The notes under the pieces are model-generated. The model worked only from the letters and a program-made list of their open reading frames with translations. It had not been told where the DNA came from and did no database searches. Below, in pieces: positions 9,208 through 19,914 of a DNA stretch of 64,000 nt (its first letter is position 1; each line of letters starts with the position of its first letter). A program made the translations under genes and the position numbers. The DNA comes from a virus, in the IMG/VR virus record IMGVR_UViG_3300023110_001773, positions 64,001-128,000 of that record; one strand, 5' to 3'.

Positions 9208-9552
9208 TTACTTTTTCTTGTGGTTACCGTGAGATGATTCTTCAATCACCTCAAGAGCATATGTTTCGCAGTGCTCAATACCATGTTCAAACATGACTTT
9301 GTACCACCAAACGTTTCCGTTAGCATCTGGTTCCGCATGTTCACCCATAATTGGTTTTCCTTCACCAAACTTGGGATGTACCACCTTTGTAGCACACATG
9401 TGAGTCAGTTTAGGTTCTTCGGAACCACCCTGTTTGGGTGGAGTCTTATCCCCTTCGATGCCATCTTCAGCAGGATGGTTTGCAATAGGTTCTTCTTTTG
9501 AAACCTTCTCTACGGGTTTAGCTTCTTCACGGAAATCTCTAAACGTCTTCAT
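9208..9552 (-). CDS. Putative internal head / prohead core protein (gp68 position)
   Basis: Likely start MKTFRDFREE at 9552, resembling the T4 capsid-targeting sequence; lies between g67-like and g21. Confidence 0.55.
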   Translation of the reverse strand: MKTFRDFREEAKPVEKVSKEEPIANHPAEDGIEGDKTPPKQGGSEEPKLTHMCATKVVHPKFGEGKPIMGEHAEPDANGNVWWYKVMFEHGIEHCETYALEVIEESSHGNHKKK

Positions 9553-9808
9553 CTGACTCTTCCTCTGATTCTTCTGGGGTTGCTTCCAAACCCATCTTCT
9601 GCATTTCTGGATCATTAAAAATAGCAGGAGCAATTTCGGATTTTCTTACCGCAAGCATGTCATCAGCACGTTTGTTCATCATTGCAAAAAAATCATCATT
9701 AGCACCAGCGAGGTCACCATCAGCCCATTTATCCATCATCTGTCTGATAGAATCTTGAGGACTAACCTCGTCCTGTACTTCCAACTCTACTGTTTCTGCT
9801 TCACTCAT
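9539..9808 (-). CDS. Prohead core protein, gp67-like
   Basis: Small acidic helical ORF directly after the portal; F..MM..R..D.L..RK.EIA..IF pattern. Confidence 0.6.
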   Translation of the reverse strand: MSEAETVELEVQDEVSPQDSIRQMMDKWADGDLAGANDDFFAMMNKRADDMLAVRKSEIAPAIFNDPEMQKMGLEATPEESEEESDEDV

Positions 9809-11309
9809 TTGAATCTCCAATCACATTATCTTCTGGTTGACTTGCTCCAATCTGTTTGTCCATCAAAGCAATTTCTTCATCGGTAAATCTCAAGATGTTT
9901 TTCTGAACATACTCTTTACTGAACAACTGTCCAACGAAAGGTGCAACGTTATTCAAAATTTCTATTCTACTTCTCAAAACCTCTTGTTCTTTTGACTCTG
10001 TATAGTAAGCATCTGACGCAAACTTATACTGAATACTTTCTCGCAATTCTGGCCATTCTGATTCATTTATGACTCCTTTGAGTATCAACTGAGTCTTTAA
10101 TAGATCATCAAACACACCAGAAAATCTTCTTCTTAACTTAGAAATAAACTTTGTAAACTTTAATTCATCTCTAGTAATCTCAGCAGATCGACCAAAGTTT
10201 AATCCAGTTTGTTGTTCTAGTCTAGAGATAGGAACGTTAAGAGATTGATACAACTTCTTCTGGAAGTAGTTTACGTCTTCAATCTCACCCAAGTTTTGTC
10301 CACCAGGCAATGTTTGAATCTCCGTACCTCTGCCACCTTCTTTTCGTGGTAACCAGAAATCTTCAAGCATTGACATGAACTTCTTGTCGTCTCTAATTTC
10401 TCCAGTCTCGGAATCGTAAACCAACTTATTACGATACCTATTCATAACATCTTTTAGATACTGTTCCGCCTTATTAGTAGGCAGGTTGCCAACATCTATA
10501 TAAAAAATTCTTCTTTCTGGAGAACGTGTGATACGATAAATCACTACAGCATTCTCCATCATCCTAAGTTGGTTAGCAGGACGAATTGCCTTGTGCAAAA
10601 AGGACAGAGGTATATTTCTGTCCTGATCTACTAGACCAGATGTGCAATAACACACCGCATCTTTACTAACCTTGATTGCTTTGTCGTTAGCAACATCTGT
10701 TTTATACATCTGGTTGCTATTCAGAGCAATACCTTTTTCATCATAAACAAAATACTCGTTGACTTCTTTTACCAAAGTTACCTGAGTCTTTGCATCTTTT
10801 TCCTTTTTAATTTCCCTGACCTTTCGGATTTTCCTTGGGTCAACGTATCGAATGTCTTTAATCCCATCTTTGGGTTTAGTACCATCCACTACTTTGTGGA
10901 AATAAATTCTACCATCAATGTACCATCGTCTGAAATAATCTTGAGCTTTAGTATTAAAATCCAAGATAGTCATGATATTGTTAAACTCTTCCGCAATAGC
11001 CTTCTTGACAGTGGCCGGTTGAGAAACATTATCCAGATCGATCTGTACTGGTTTTTCATCATCAAAGTTTGATATAGCATCGTTGACCACATCTTCAATA
11101 GCTGCGTCAACATCTCCCATCATGGAGATATCTCTATATCTTTTAATTAGCTGACTTTCATTATTGGCAGTACCTTCAATATCAAAGTATGTGCCGTAAT
11201 ATCCACCAGCCTTAATAGCCTCAAGCGATCCGTCATCATGGGGAGCTACGAAAGACTTCTCTCCCTTAGATGGTTTGGATCGCTCGATTGTGTATCCAAA
11301 CAATTCCAT
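9801..11309 (-). CDS. g20: Portal protein gp20
   Basis: MELFG, FRRWYIDGR, LHKAIRPANQLRMMENAVVIYRITRSPERRIFYIDVGNLP, MLEDFWLPR. Confidence 0.99.
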   Translation of the reverse strand: MELFGYTIERSKPSKGEKSFVAPHDDGSLEAIKAGGYYGTYFDIEGTANNESQLIKRYRDISMMGDVDAAIEDVVNDAISNFDDEKPVQIDLDNVSQPATVKKAIAEEFNNIMTILDFNTKAQDYFRRWYIDGRIYFHKVVDGTKPKDGIKDIRYVDPRKIRKVREIKKEKDAKTQVTLVKEVNEYFVYDEKGIALNSNQMYKTDVANDKAIKVSKDAVCYCTSGLVDQDRNIPLSFLHKAIRPANQLRMMENAVVIYRITRSPERRIFYIDVGNLPTNKAEQYLKDVMNRYRNKLVYDSETGEIRDDKKFMSMLEDFWLPRKEGGRGTEIQTLPGGQNLGEIEDVNYFQKKLYQSLNVPISRLEQQTGLNFGRSAEITRDELKFTKFISKLRRRFSGVFDDLLKTQLILKGVINESEWPELRESIQYKFASDAYYTESKEQEVLRSRIEILNNVAPFVGQLFSKEYVQKNILRFTDEEIALMDKQIGASQPEDNVIGDSNE

Positions 11310-11335
11310 AATTTACCCTAGTTACTGAGACTATA

Positions 11336-11851
11336 TTAAGCTACATCGTAGGATGTATACTGGAAAGTCACCGTAAACTCTTCAAAAATATCATTTTGTG
11401 CATAGTTCAATGCGATTTCTGACATCTGAATCGGAAACGCATTGCGAAGGGTGTAAACACCACCAGGCAATACAGCGTCATTTCGATCTAGATGTTCAAC
11501 AATAACATCCGTTTGGTAATCACGAGGTGTAAGAACACCAGTGTTGTCTTCACGATTATTCATTCCGTCCATCCATTGTTCAAATGGTGTTCTAAGACTG
11601 AACTCAGAATCGTTTACAACCGTAATTGTCCACGGATCAAAGATACGTTCACCAGCCAACTTAACCTCACGACCCCTATACTGAATGATAGCGGGGTTTA
11701 CGTTGGATGCTGGTAACGCAGCGCCCGTTACAAGCAGACTATAAGAGGGATCAACACCAGCCACATAAGAGGGAAAACCAAGTTTCACTCTAAACTGGTT
11801 AGGTCTTGCACCTCCGGCGCCAAGTCTTGACTTAAACTCTTCAATATTCAT
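11336..11851 (-). CDS. g19: Tail tube protein gp19
   Basis: GGARPNQF, YRGREVKLAGER.FDPWTITV.ND, EEFTVTFQY. Confidence 0.95.
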   Translation of the reverse strand: MNIEEFKSRLGAGGARPNQFRVKLGFPSYVAGVDPSYSLLVTGAALPASNVNPAIIQYRGREVKLAGERIFDPWTITVVNDSEFSLRTPFEQWMDGMNNREDNTGVLTPRDYQTDVIVEHLDRNDAVLPGGVYTLRNAFPIQMSEIALNYAQNDIFEEFTVTFQYTSYDVA

Positions 11852-11890
11852 CTAACTTTTCTCCTAACTTTCTGTTATTTATTCTTACTA

Positions 11891-13861
11891 TTAAGCGCCA
11901 AGTTCTTCAAACGAGATGCCAGTTCTAGTAGCAATAAACGTCAGCGTGATGAAGTTAATAGACTTAGCAGGTTTAACGTAAATGTCAGCTCTAAATTCAT
12001 TAGAGTCAACAACCTGTGGAGTGTTATTTGTCTCGTCACAAACTACACGGAAGTCGTAGATACCTCTGCGACCCTGTACGTCTCTCAAGAACGGTTCTAC
12101 CAGTGCAACAAACTGCGCTCTTGTGAATGCATCGTTGAATTCAAACAACTGGAATTTAGCAGCAGTTGCAATTGCTTTCTCAAGAACAATAAACAATCTG
12201 CGAACGTTGATTCTATTGAAGGCAGAAGGTTTACCCAACATAGTCTTGTCACCGAAAAGAACGATACCAGCTTCTGGTGTGTTCATTACGGGGTTAATTC
12301 CTCTAGAGTACAGTGTGTCTCTAGCAGCTTTTCTCGGAGACCATGCAAGTTTAATTGCATTTTTAATGATGCCACGATTCAAACCAGCAGGAGAGAACCA
12401 AGGATCATTCCCCTGATCAGTAACAACACAACAACCAGCAACGTCACCATTAAGGGGAACATATACATATCGGTCATTGTACTTGTCATACTGATATTTC
12501 CAACCACTATCGAAAACACCATAAGATGATCTAGTATAAGCACCAAAGTCGGCCTGACCAGTAATGTCTGTAAGTTCGTCACCCTCGTTATTAACAACAC
12601 TTGATCTCTGCGGCGAGATAAATGCAAGACAGTCTTTACGAACTTCAGCGATATTATCAAGAACAAAATCACCAACAGTTGTTGGATGTGCTGAAGTCAA
12701 GACAAGAGCAACATCAACCAATTCATCATTGGCGAACAGGAGGTATCCATCTTGAATATCTCCAGTTGCCGGATCGTCATCAACACCACCACTCAAAGAA
12801 AGAGACTGGTCTGTGTCACCTATCACCAAAGTGTCAAAGACGATTCCGCCAGAAGCACCAGCAGTACTTTCGCCCCAGTTTGAACCAACAGTAGGATGAT
12901 CCATCCACCAAATATACTTAGAACGATCATTGATTACGTTCTTGTAGTAATTGGTCTGGTTGAGATCGTCTTTAGCATCTCTTGCTTTAGAAACGCCTGC
13001 AAACTTCTCAAGGATAGTACCAGCACTACCACTGATGCCACCATCTTCATCGATGACAATTATGTGCATTTCATCGTATGAAGAACCGTTTTTCTCAGCC
13101 CAAGTTGTAGATGTGGGGATTGAATCAAACTCGTCTCTGTATACCCACTCCGATGTAGGAAGAGAAGCGGTAGCAGTCAAAACTACATCGGTTTCTCCAC
13201 CCTGACCATCGTCTTGTTTACAATTAAGAGTTACGGTTGGAGCAGTAATGTAACCGAAACCAGAATTGGTAACAGTGATGGCATTCACTACACCGGCAGT
13301 GATAGTTGCTGTTGCAGCGGCATTGATTCCACCAGCAGGAGCATCAGCAATATTTACTGATTCTACGCTGAGGATATCAACGTTGTTGGCCTGACTGCTA
13401 TCTACTGCAATACTTTTAATACTTGTAGTAGTGATTGAGGAAATGTCAGCCATCTCCACTTTAATGTTATTGCCAAGTGAACCAGCATATTTTGCAGCCC
13501 AAACACCGACAGAGGCAGCACCATTTGCAAACTGTTCTTGATAATTATCTTCGTTGGTGATCAAAAGGCCTGATGCGTCAGCAGTAGCATTTCTAGCAGC
13601 AGTCCCAACTTCTCTTACAGTTAAAAGATTTGATCCGTAAGCCAAGAAACTAGCAGCGGTCATAAAGTCATAGTAGACTTCGGTAGTAGGCCTACCAAAT
13701 CTTTCTACCAAATTATTTTCTGAATCAATTTGTACAATTTCGTGTACGGGGCCCCACTGAAAGTTACCAACAATTCCACCAATCGTAGTTGCGACTGCTG
13801 GAACAACGTTGGTAAGGTCTCTTTCTTGGACTAAGACGCCAGGTGAAATCTGGAAAGCCAT
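11891..13861 (-). CDS. g18: Tail sheath protein gp18
   Basis: SPGVLVQERDLT, WFSPAGLNRG, FGDKT, RINVRRLF, FEFNDAFTR, KPAKSINFI.L.F. Confidence 0.99.
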   Translation of the reverse strand: MAFQISPGVLVQERDLTNVVPAVATTIGGIVGNFQWGPVHEIVQIDSENNLVERFGRPTTEVYYDFMTAASFLAYGSNLLTVREVGTAARNATADASGLLITNEDNYQEQFANGAASVGVWAAKYAGSLGNNIKVEMADISSITTTSIKSIAVDSSQANNVDILSVESVNIADAPAGGINAAATATITAGVVNAITVTNSGFGYITAPTVTLNCKQDDGQGGETDVVLTATASLPTSEWVYRDEFDSIPTSTTWAEKNGSSYDEMHIIVIDEDGGISGSAGTILEKFAGVSKARDAKDDLNQTNYYKNVINDRSKYIWWMDHPTVGSNWGESTAGASGGIVFDTLVIGDTDQSLSLSGGVDDDPATGDIQDGYLLFANDELVDVALVLTSAHPTTVGDFVLDNIAEVRKDCLAFISPQRSSVVNNEGDELTDITGQADFGAYTRSSYGVFDSGWKYQYDKYNDRYVYVPLNGDVAGCCVVTDQGNDPWFSPAGLNRGIIKNAIKLAWSPRKAARDTLYSRGINPVMNTPEAGIVLFGDKTMLGKPSAFNRINVRRLFIVLEKAIATAAKFQLFEFNDAFTRAQFVALVEPFLRDVQGRRGIYDFRVVCDETNNTPQVVDSNEFRADIYVKPAKSINFITLTFIATRTGISFEELGA

Positions 13862-13915
13862 GTTGTTCTCCTTCGTATTTTGGTTTAAATACTAATAAAT
13901 AGTGTTCCTGAGAAT

Positions 13916-13923
13916 TATTTATA
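13916..13923 (-). promoter_or_regulatory. T4 late promoter (g18)
   Basis: Exact TATAAATA overlapping the g17 stop. Confidence 0.8.
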
Positions 13924-15547
13924 AAAAATCTTTTCTCTCATCTGCCCACATCCAGTAGTCACCATCAATGACCTCTGCCTCTACTTCAAGTCCATTTTCT
14001 ATGAACCCGAATGGAGTCAGATCGGTTTGTATTGATCTCATTTGAGCGTTATACAATCCTTCTCGTATATCTACATCTGTTAAGTCTTTGAAGAACTGTT
14101 GAGTTGATAGCCACGCAAACAAAACCATACACATGGCCAAGTCATCGTGATAACCTTCATCAGCAGAAAAGGAACCAGCCTTCTCTACGAATGTTGATAG
14201 TTCATTAATGCAATCAGCATCCCAAACTAAAAACTTACTTTCTTCTATTAAACTTTTTAAAGCAAGACAACCCTGCCTTTTTACAGCCTTCGATGTTCTG
14301 ACACCGAGAGTTGTCTGTTTTCCAAATCCAGGCGATACATACTGTTTATTTTTTTCTTGTACCGTACTAAAAATATTTTCGTATTCTAGTTCTTGGTGCA
14401 ATATGTCAACTACTTGTTGACCGATATCGTTATTCTCAATCAATACATACGCATTATTATAGTCTTTTGCCACTCTTGCAATAAAGTCTGGATACAGGAG
14501 CGGCGCCACCTTGTTGTCTCTAAACTTTCCAACAACACGGAAAGGCATTTCTGTAATATCAACAACAACAAAAGCAGAAAAATCTCCACCTATTCCCCTT
14601 GATGTGTCGGTTGTGATTACATAATATTTATTTTCTTTCGGTTCTTCATAAATGTCTAGTCCATCTTTCTTATATATGACCTCTTTGGAAGACATCATAG
14701 ACAGTGCTTTACCACTAATCAGAGTGTTGGTTGACCCCAAGAACTCACATAAAACTTCCTGATTGTACTTTACTTCACCGAGAAGTTTAAACTGTTCTTC
14801 TGCCCACTTCTCATCTCTGCCTGGGATTTCGGTGTAGTGGATGAACATATTTTTAAAACCATTGGTTCCCTTCTCCGATTCGTTCCAGAATTTCCAGAAG
14901 TGATTGTAACCCAACGGGGTAGATGTCAAAAGAATCTTTGTAGTTTCACCAGCAGAAATAGTAGGATATACGGAAGCAAAAAACTCATCCGCAATGTTGT
15001 TTGGAATGATCGCCGCCTCATCAATGTACAACCAGTTTACAGACTTACCACGAATACCAGATGTCGTTGTAGCAGAGGTGAATACCCGAGAACCATTCTC
15101 AAGATCAACGTCACCCTTGTTCCAAGTCTTTACGCCTTGTTGCATCCATATAGGCAAATTTTCATACATGATTTGATATCGAGACAGAACCTCTCTCGCA
15201 GCAGCGGTCTTGTTTGCCATGATTGCCACCATCTTGTTGTCTTGAAAGATAGTGTAATGCAAAATACAAGCAGCTGCGGTGATCGTTTTGCCTTGCTGAC
15301 GACCTTCCATCAAGATAGTCTTACGATTATTCATAATAAAATCAACTTTATTTTTCTGACAATCGTATAGTTTAAAAGGTTGCAAACCTCTATCAAGAGT
15401 TACAATCTTGCAATAGTTTTCTATGAAATAGATGGGGTCTTCGGAACACTTAACAAACTCTGTCAGTTGTTCTTTTGTGAAATCGTGTTGATATCCAACT
15501 GGTTTGAGATTTGGGTTTCCGTGATAGGAGGTATCAATCTGGCTCAT
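13919..15547 (-). CDS. g17: Terminase large subunit gp17
   Basis: Y.GNPNLK, RQQGKT, YIDEAA, STPLGYNHF, DTSRG.GGDFSAF, HDDLAM. Confidence 0.99.
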   Translation of the reverse strand: MSQIDTSYHGNPNLKPVGYQHDFTKEQLTEFVKCSEDPIYFIENYCKIVTLDRGLQPFKLYDCQKNKVDFIMNNRKTILMEGRQQGKTITAAACILHYTIFQDNKMVAIMANKTAAAREVLSRYQIMYENLPIWMQQGVKTWNKGDVDLENGSRVFTSATTTSGIRGKSVNWLYIDEAAIIPNNIADEFFASVYPTISAGETTKILLTSTPLGYNHFWKFWNESEKGTNGFKNMFIHYTEIPGRDEKWAEEQFKLLGEVKYNQEVLCEFLGSTNTLISGKALSMMSSKEVIYKKDGLDIYEEPKENKYYVITTDTSRGIGGDFSAFVVVDITEMPFRVVGKFRDNKVAPLLYPDFIARVAKDYNNAYVLIENNDIGQQVVDILHQELEYENIFSTVQEKNKQYVSPGFGKQTTLGVRTSKAVKRQGCLALKSLIEESKFLVWDADCINELSTFVEKAGSFSADEGYHDDLAMCMVLFAWLSTQQFFKDLTDVDIREGLYNAQMRSIQTDLTPFGFIENGLEVEAEVIDGDYWMWADERKDFL

Positions 15548-15971
15548 GGTCTATAACATTCTCATTTTTTTCATCACGAATTGCTTTAAGAATATCGCTG
15601 GTAGTACCAGCAAAAACTATATTATTTTGTGTTTTTATGAGGGGTTTCTCAACACCAGACTTGACATCTATGCGATTCTTTTTCTCTTGAATCTCCATGA
15701 CATCTTTTGCCTGTTCACCCATTGTCTTGATAATCTGACCAGCAACCTCGTATGCTCTAGGGTTATCGCTGTTCATTGCAACATTCAAAATGCCTTCAGC
15801 AGCCTGTTCGCTATAGGCCATTGCTTTCTCAAGAGTTTGTCTAGCCTTTTGGAAGTCGGTATCAACATCGTTGTTACCAGTTTCGGCCGGAGGTTTCACT
15901 TGATTGGTTTCCGTAGAAACCGTTTGAAATGTTTTATCTAGAGCGTCAAAAACTTTATTTCTGCTCATCAC
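15534..15971 (-). CDS. g16: Terminase small subunit gp16
   Basis: DF..AR, PRAYEVAGQIIK, NNIVF.GTT.D.LK. Confidence 0.9.
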   Translation of the reverse strand: MMSRNKVFDALDKTFQTVSTETNQVKPPAETGNNDVDTDFQKARQTLEKAMAYSEQAAEGILNVAMNSDNPRAYEVAGQIIKTMGEQAKDVMEIQEKKNRIDVKSGVEKPLIKTQNNIVFAGTTSDILKAIRDEKNENVIDHEPD

Positions 15972-15976
15972 ATCAC

Positions 15977-16978
15977 CTATTCATATACTTGTTCAAATTC
16001 TTCAATGAACCTATATGGTTCATCCTTGTATGGGTTTGGATTGTAGTTCGGTGGTTCCTCAAAGGCAACGGCAGGTGGTGTTATGTATCCAGAACCAGCA
16101 TCGTCAATGACAATTTTTGTCACAACTCCATTTGTAATTTCTGCGTGTGCTCTAGCGTTACCATCTATAGTTATATTAGGTGCGCTTTCTGTATATCCTT
16201 CTCCACCATATTCTATTTCAATTTGACTAACAGAACCGTTTTGTATAGATGCAGTTGCTACTGGCAAAGTACCAGTGACCTCAAACCCAAACTTGATATG
16301 TGGGCCTTGCATATCTGGATTTTCGTATGTTCTTGCAATAGACTTTTTGATGAAACCTTGGTTCTGTATAAACCCATAGTAATTAAGTTTCATCGTAAAA
16401 GTCAAAGACCACACAATACTTTGTCTTGCCGCAAAATCTCCTTCATACTGATCTTCAAAAGTTACGCTGTCCAGTACAATTTTTATGTCTCTTTTGATTC
16501 CCATTTCTGGTAGATCATTAACCGTCACACTAAAATCTGGATTGAAGTATGGTAGAATCTGTTCTACAATCTGTAGTGCATCTTCTTGGTTTTTAGAAAA
16601 AATATATAATCCCATTTGCATATCATATGGAGTAGATACGAAAGACTTTCTATATGTGTTAGAATCATCTCCATCACCAACAGCAATGGTTTTTTGTACC
16701 TGTGATATTTTTCTACTGGGATCAAAATTAAATCCAAGAATCTCAAACCCCATTCTGGGGAGAGATATTGCTACCTCACCTCTGGATTCTGCATCAGGAA
16801 CCTGTGCAATACGAGACAGAAATTTTTGTTTTGGTGAGTAAGCAAGAGGCACACGAAGATTCTGAGCAACATCACCATCGGCATTTCTTCTTTCTATCTG
16901 AATATTATTAAAGATAGTGCCGAAAGCTATGATTGCTTTCTTTGTATGTTTGTGATAAAATTGTCTATTCTGAAACAT
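15977..16978 (-). CDS. g15: Tail sheath stabilizer gp15 with C-terminal Ig-like insertion
   Basis: FYH....IIAFGTIFNNI, VPLAYSPKQKFL, LPRMGFE, QIVEQILPYFNP. Confidence 0.93.
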   Translation of the reverse strand: MFQNRQFYHKHTKKAIIAFGTIFNNIQIERRNADGDVAQNLRVPLAYSPKQKFLSRIAQVPDAESRGEVAISLPRMGFEILGFNFDPSRKISQVQKTIAVGDGDDSNTYRKSFVSTPYDMQMGLYIFSKNQEDALQIVEQILPYFNPDFSVTVNDLPEMGIKRDIKIVLDSVTFEDQYEGDFAARQSIVWSLTFTMKLNYYGFIQNQGFIKKSIARTYENPDMQGPHIKFGFEVTGTLPVATASIQNGSVSQIEIEYGGEGYTESAPNITIDGNARAHAEITNGVVTKIVIDDAGSGYITPPAVAFEEPPNYNPNPYKDEPYRFIEEFEQVYE

Positions 16979-17724
16979 TATCTTAACTCACCAAATGGGT
17001 TGACTTCACTGAAATCAAGAATATCTTCTAAGTCTTGCAGTGTATCAAAATCTGTGTTGTCGGTATTGGCCAATGCTTTTTGTGCAGCAAATTCTTCCAA
17101 TATAAGAGTCCCATTATCTTCAAGTACCAATGCATTACCATCTTCAAGTAGAAACTGAAATGCCAACATATCGATTGACTGTTCATCTGCAACAACATCA
17201 AGATCGCCAATACCAGTGTCGATGATTTCAGAAGAGTACTCGAACAATTCGCATTGCAATTTGAACACATAAATCTTTCCTAATTGATAGAAAGGATTTT
17301 GAAATTCTACATATTTAATCTCAAAGATAGAACCAGTCTTTTCAAAATATAACAAGTCACCTTCTGCTGGTCTTGCGTCCAACTGAAAGTCTCCACCAGT
17401 AGTGACAACCATTTCTTCCCATCTTCTCTTTGACAGAACAAATGTTGCAGAATCTCTAATTTCTATACCAAATTTTGTAAATAAATCTCCCTCACCTTCA
17501 AACCCATCTACGTTTTCTAAATACATTTCTAGAGGATAGGCTTGTGTAAACTTAGACAATGCATCCTCATCAAGAATCAGGTCTCTGTTTACAATTGTTC
17601 TGGGAAGATAGTAAACATCGTGGCCGTAAATTTTGAGACTTTCAATAACTAAGTCTTCAACCAAACGTTGTTCGTTTGTTGTACCAGATGTGTTTCCAGA
17701 TTGGAAATAGAAGTTAGTAGCCAC
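16978..17724 (-). CDS. g14: Neck protein gp14
   Basis: EQ.LVEDL..ESLKIYG.DVYYLPR, KFGIEIRD, RP.EGDL.Y, FYQLGK, C-terminal FSE.NPFG; GTG start. Confidence 0.95.
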   Translation of the reverse strand: MATNFYFQSGNTSGTTNEQRLVEDLVIESLKIYGHDVYYLPRTIVNRDLILDEDALSKFTQAYPLEMYLENVDGFEGEGDLFTKFGIEIRDSATFVLSKRRWEEMVVTTGGDFQLDARPAEGDLLYFEKTGSIFEIKYVEFQNPFYQLGKIYVFKLQCELFEYSSEIIDTGIGDLDVVADEQSIDMLAFQFLLEDGNALVLEDNGTLILEEFAAQKALANTDNTDFDTLQDLEDILDFSEVNPFGELR

Positions 17725-17727
17725 GAT

Positions 17728-18687
17728 TTACCCCACCATGAAGGAAGGAGGCAACTCGTACTTTAATTGCATTTCTTCTTCTATCTGAGATATCTCTTGT
17801 ACTGCCTCTTGATAGATGGTTTCACCATTAAGAGTAACTCCGCCCGGCATTTGGATGCCTTGGAATTTTTTCATATTTTCACCCCACTGTTTCTTGATTA
17901 ATGCGGTTGCATATCTCTTTAGAAACATGTCATCGTAAACCTCGGTGTATTCACTGGGGTCTAATATTGCATAAGCTTCAGCTACAATATAGTCTCCAAT
18001 GTCATATGTCTCTGACAAGTCTGCATCAATATGCAGCTTGTTTGTTTTTCTGTTCCACCTAATCTGTCTTTCGTTTCGGAACAGTTGTTCAAGAGTTGTC
18101 ATGTGACTCTTTGTCATTGCGTAGTATGTGACATCAGCAGACAACAAGTTGTATAGATCATTCAGTGCAAACTGGTAGTCAACATCAAACAGTCCGTCTG
18201 ACTTTCCTCCCACCAAGGAACCAAACTTAAACAATCTTACAATATTTAGGATGTTATTGCTGATAGGGACATATCCATTCTCAATGTCCCCCTTAGTATA
18301 TGGGGTCGAAGAAAGAGTAGCAGTATAACCAGAAGTATTACCAGTGATAGTTTCACTGGCAGCCCAAGTTCCCTTACTTTCTTCTACGGAGATGTCGTTT
18401 CCGTCCAAGGATACTATATTCGCAGTGGCCCCAGAAGTATTCCCCGTGATTAGTTCACCAACATGAAAGTTGCTAGCCAAAGAAGCCTGTAGGTTTACAG
18501 TAGAACCCGTCAGTTTATGTTTGACGTAAGTTCTTTCCGTACCATCAAAATGATATTCTTGCCAAAATTGTAATGCGTCATCAATTCTGTCTGAGATTTG
18601 ATCTTCATCGACATTTATTTCAATGACGGGAAAACCAAGTCTTCTCAGACAGTAATCAATGAGCTCCTGGCGACTTGATAAAGCCAT
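17728..18687 (-). CDS. g13: Neck protein gp13
   Basis: LIDYCLRRLG.PVIEINV, EYHFDG, YATALIK.QWG.N..KF.G...PGGVTLNG. Confidence 0.95.
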   Translation of the reverse strand: MALSSRQELIDYCLRRLGFPVIEINVDEDQISDRIDDALQFWQEYHFDGTERTYVKHKLTGSTVNLQASLASNFHVGELITGNTSGATANIVSLDGNDISVEESKGTWAASETITGNTSGYTATLSSTPYTKGDIENGYVPISNNILNIVRLFKFGSLVGGKSDGLFDVDYQFALNDLYNLLSADVTYYAMTKSHMTTLEQLFRNERQIRWNRKTNKLHIDADLSETYDIGDYIVAEAYAILDPSEYTEVYDDMFLKRYATALIKKQWGENMKKFQGIQMPGGVTLNGETIYQEAVQEISQIEEEMQLKYELPPSFMVG

Positions 18688-18699
18688 TCAACTCTCCTA

Positions 18700-19887
18700 T
18701 CAGGAAGCATCAGCAGCGTATAGTCTCGCTTCAAGTTCTGCAATAGCTGCTTGAACGAATGCAGTCGTTGCAATCTGTGTAGTGTCAGTGCCTGTTGTAG
18801 CAGTAGGAGCGGTTGGAGTACCTGTCAGTGCAGGTGAAGCCAGTGCAGCCTTATCATCCAATTGTGTCTGAATATTGCTTGTTACACCATCAACATAGTT
18901 GAGTTCTGTTACAGTTGAAGTCAAACCTGTAAGTGTTACAGCAGTGGTCGCATTTGATGCTGTACCAGTCAAGTCACCAGTTACGTTACCCGTTAAGTTT
19001 GCTTCAACTGTTCCTGCGACAAATGTCTCAGAACCAATTGTCCACTTATCATTAGTTTCGTCCCAAAGGAATGTGACAGAAGTAGACCCACCACGAGAAA
19101 TACTGAGTCCAGCATCTTCCGTTGGACTTCCAGAGGTGAAGTTACTGTTAAGAACCAGAGTGTTGTCGGCAATGTTTACAGTTTCAGAGTTTACAGTAGT
19201 TGTTGTTCCAGAAACAGTTAAACTACCAGTAACAGTCATGTCATCATTAACCGTGACATTACCAGTTCCGTTACCACTCAATACCAAATTAGTATCGCTA
19301 CTATAAGTTGTGATCTGATTTACTTTGATATTGTTTGCAAAGGTAATATCGTTACCAGCAGAGTTGGTGATATTCTCACCGTCCGTAATCTGTAACGTAC
19401 CCTTAACTTGAATAACACCCGTACCAGTGGGATCAAATTCAATATCACCCGTACCAGATGTTTGTACACTAACATTCTGATTGGAGTCAGCAGAAATTGT
19501 AATTGTACCAGAGTTATCTGATACCACCTGTTGTCCGTTTACATACAGAGACCCCGGCCCAACATAGACATCTGCCCACTGTTTTGATGATGAACCGAGA
19601 CTTCTTGTGTTGTCTGCATCAGGAACGATGTCCTGATTTACCGATGAGAGAAATGTTCCAACTCTAGCATCCGTGTACCAAAGATTTGTAGAACCTTCAG
19701 TGATATCGTCTGTATCTGTAATTCCAGCAAGTTCCGAGTAAAGAGCGAGTCTAAATCCGCCTGCTGTTGAACCGTCATGAACACGCAACGTATTATTGGT
19801 AGTATCATAGGAAATCTCACCTTCTGCTCCAGTGAAGCTACCGTTCTGCGTTGCTGTTCCCCGTCTAAATTGTACCTGTGTTGGCAT
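18700..19887 (-). CDS. Fibre-like virion protein with N-terminal Mtd_N-like (QVQFRRGT) domain
   Basis: MPTQVQFRRGT..FTGAEGEI; T/G/S-rich fibre modules; SPALTGTPTAPT...TQIATTAFV motif. Confidence 0.7.
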   Translation of the reverse strand: MPTQVQFRRGTATQNGSFTGAEGEISYDTTNNTLRVHDGSTAGGFRLALYSELAGITDTDDITEGSTNLWYTDARVGTFLSSVNQDIVPDADNTRSLGSSSKQWADVYVGPGSLYVNGQQVVSDNSGTITISADSNQNVSVQTSGTGDIEFDPTGTGVIQVKGTLQITDGENITNSAGNDITFANNIKVNQITTYSSDTNLVLSGNGTGNVTVNDDMTVTGSLTVSGTTTTVNSETVNIADNTLVLNSNFTSGSPTEDAGLSISRGGSTSVTFLWDETNDKWTIGSETFVAGTVEANLTGNVTGDLTGTASNATTAVTLTGLTSTVTELNYVDGVTSNIQTQLDDKAALASPALTGTPTAPTATTGTDTTQIATTAFVQAAIAELEARLYAADAS

Positions 19888-19914
19888 AGTAGTTTCTTCC
19901 TATAATCTTATAAT

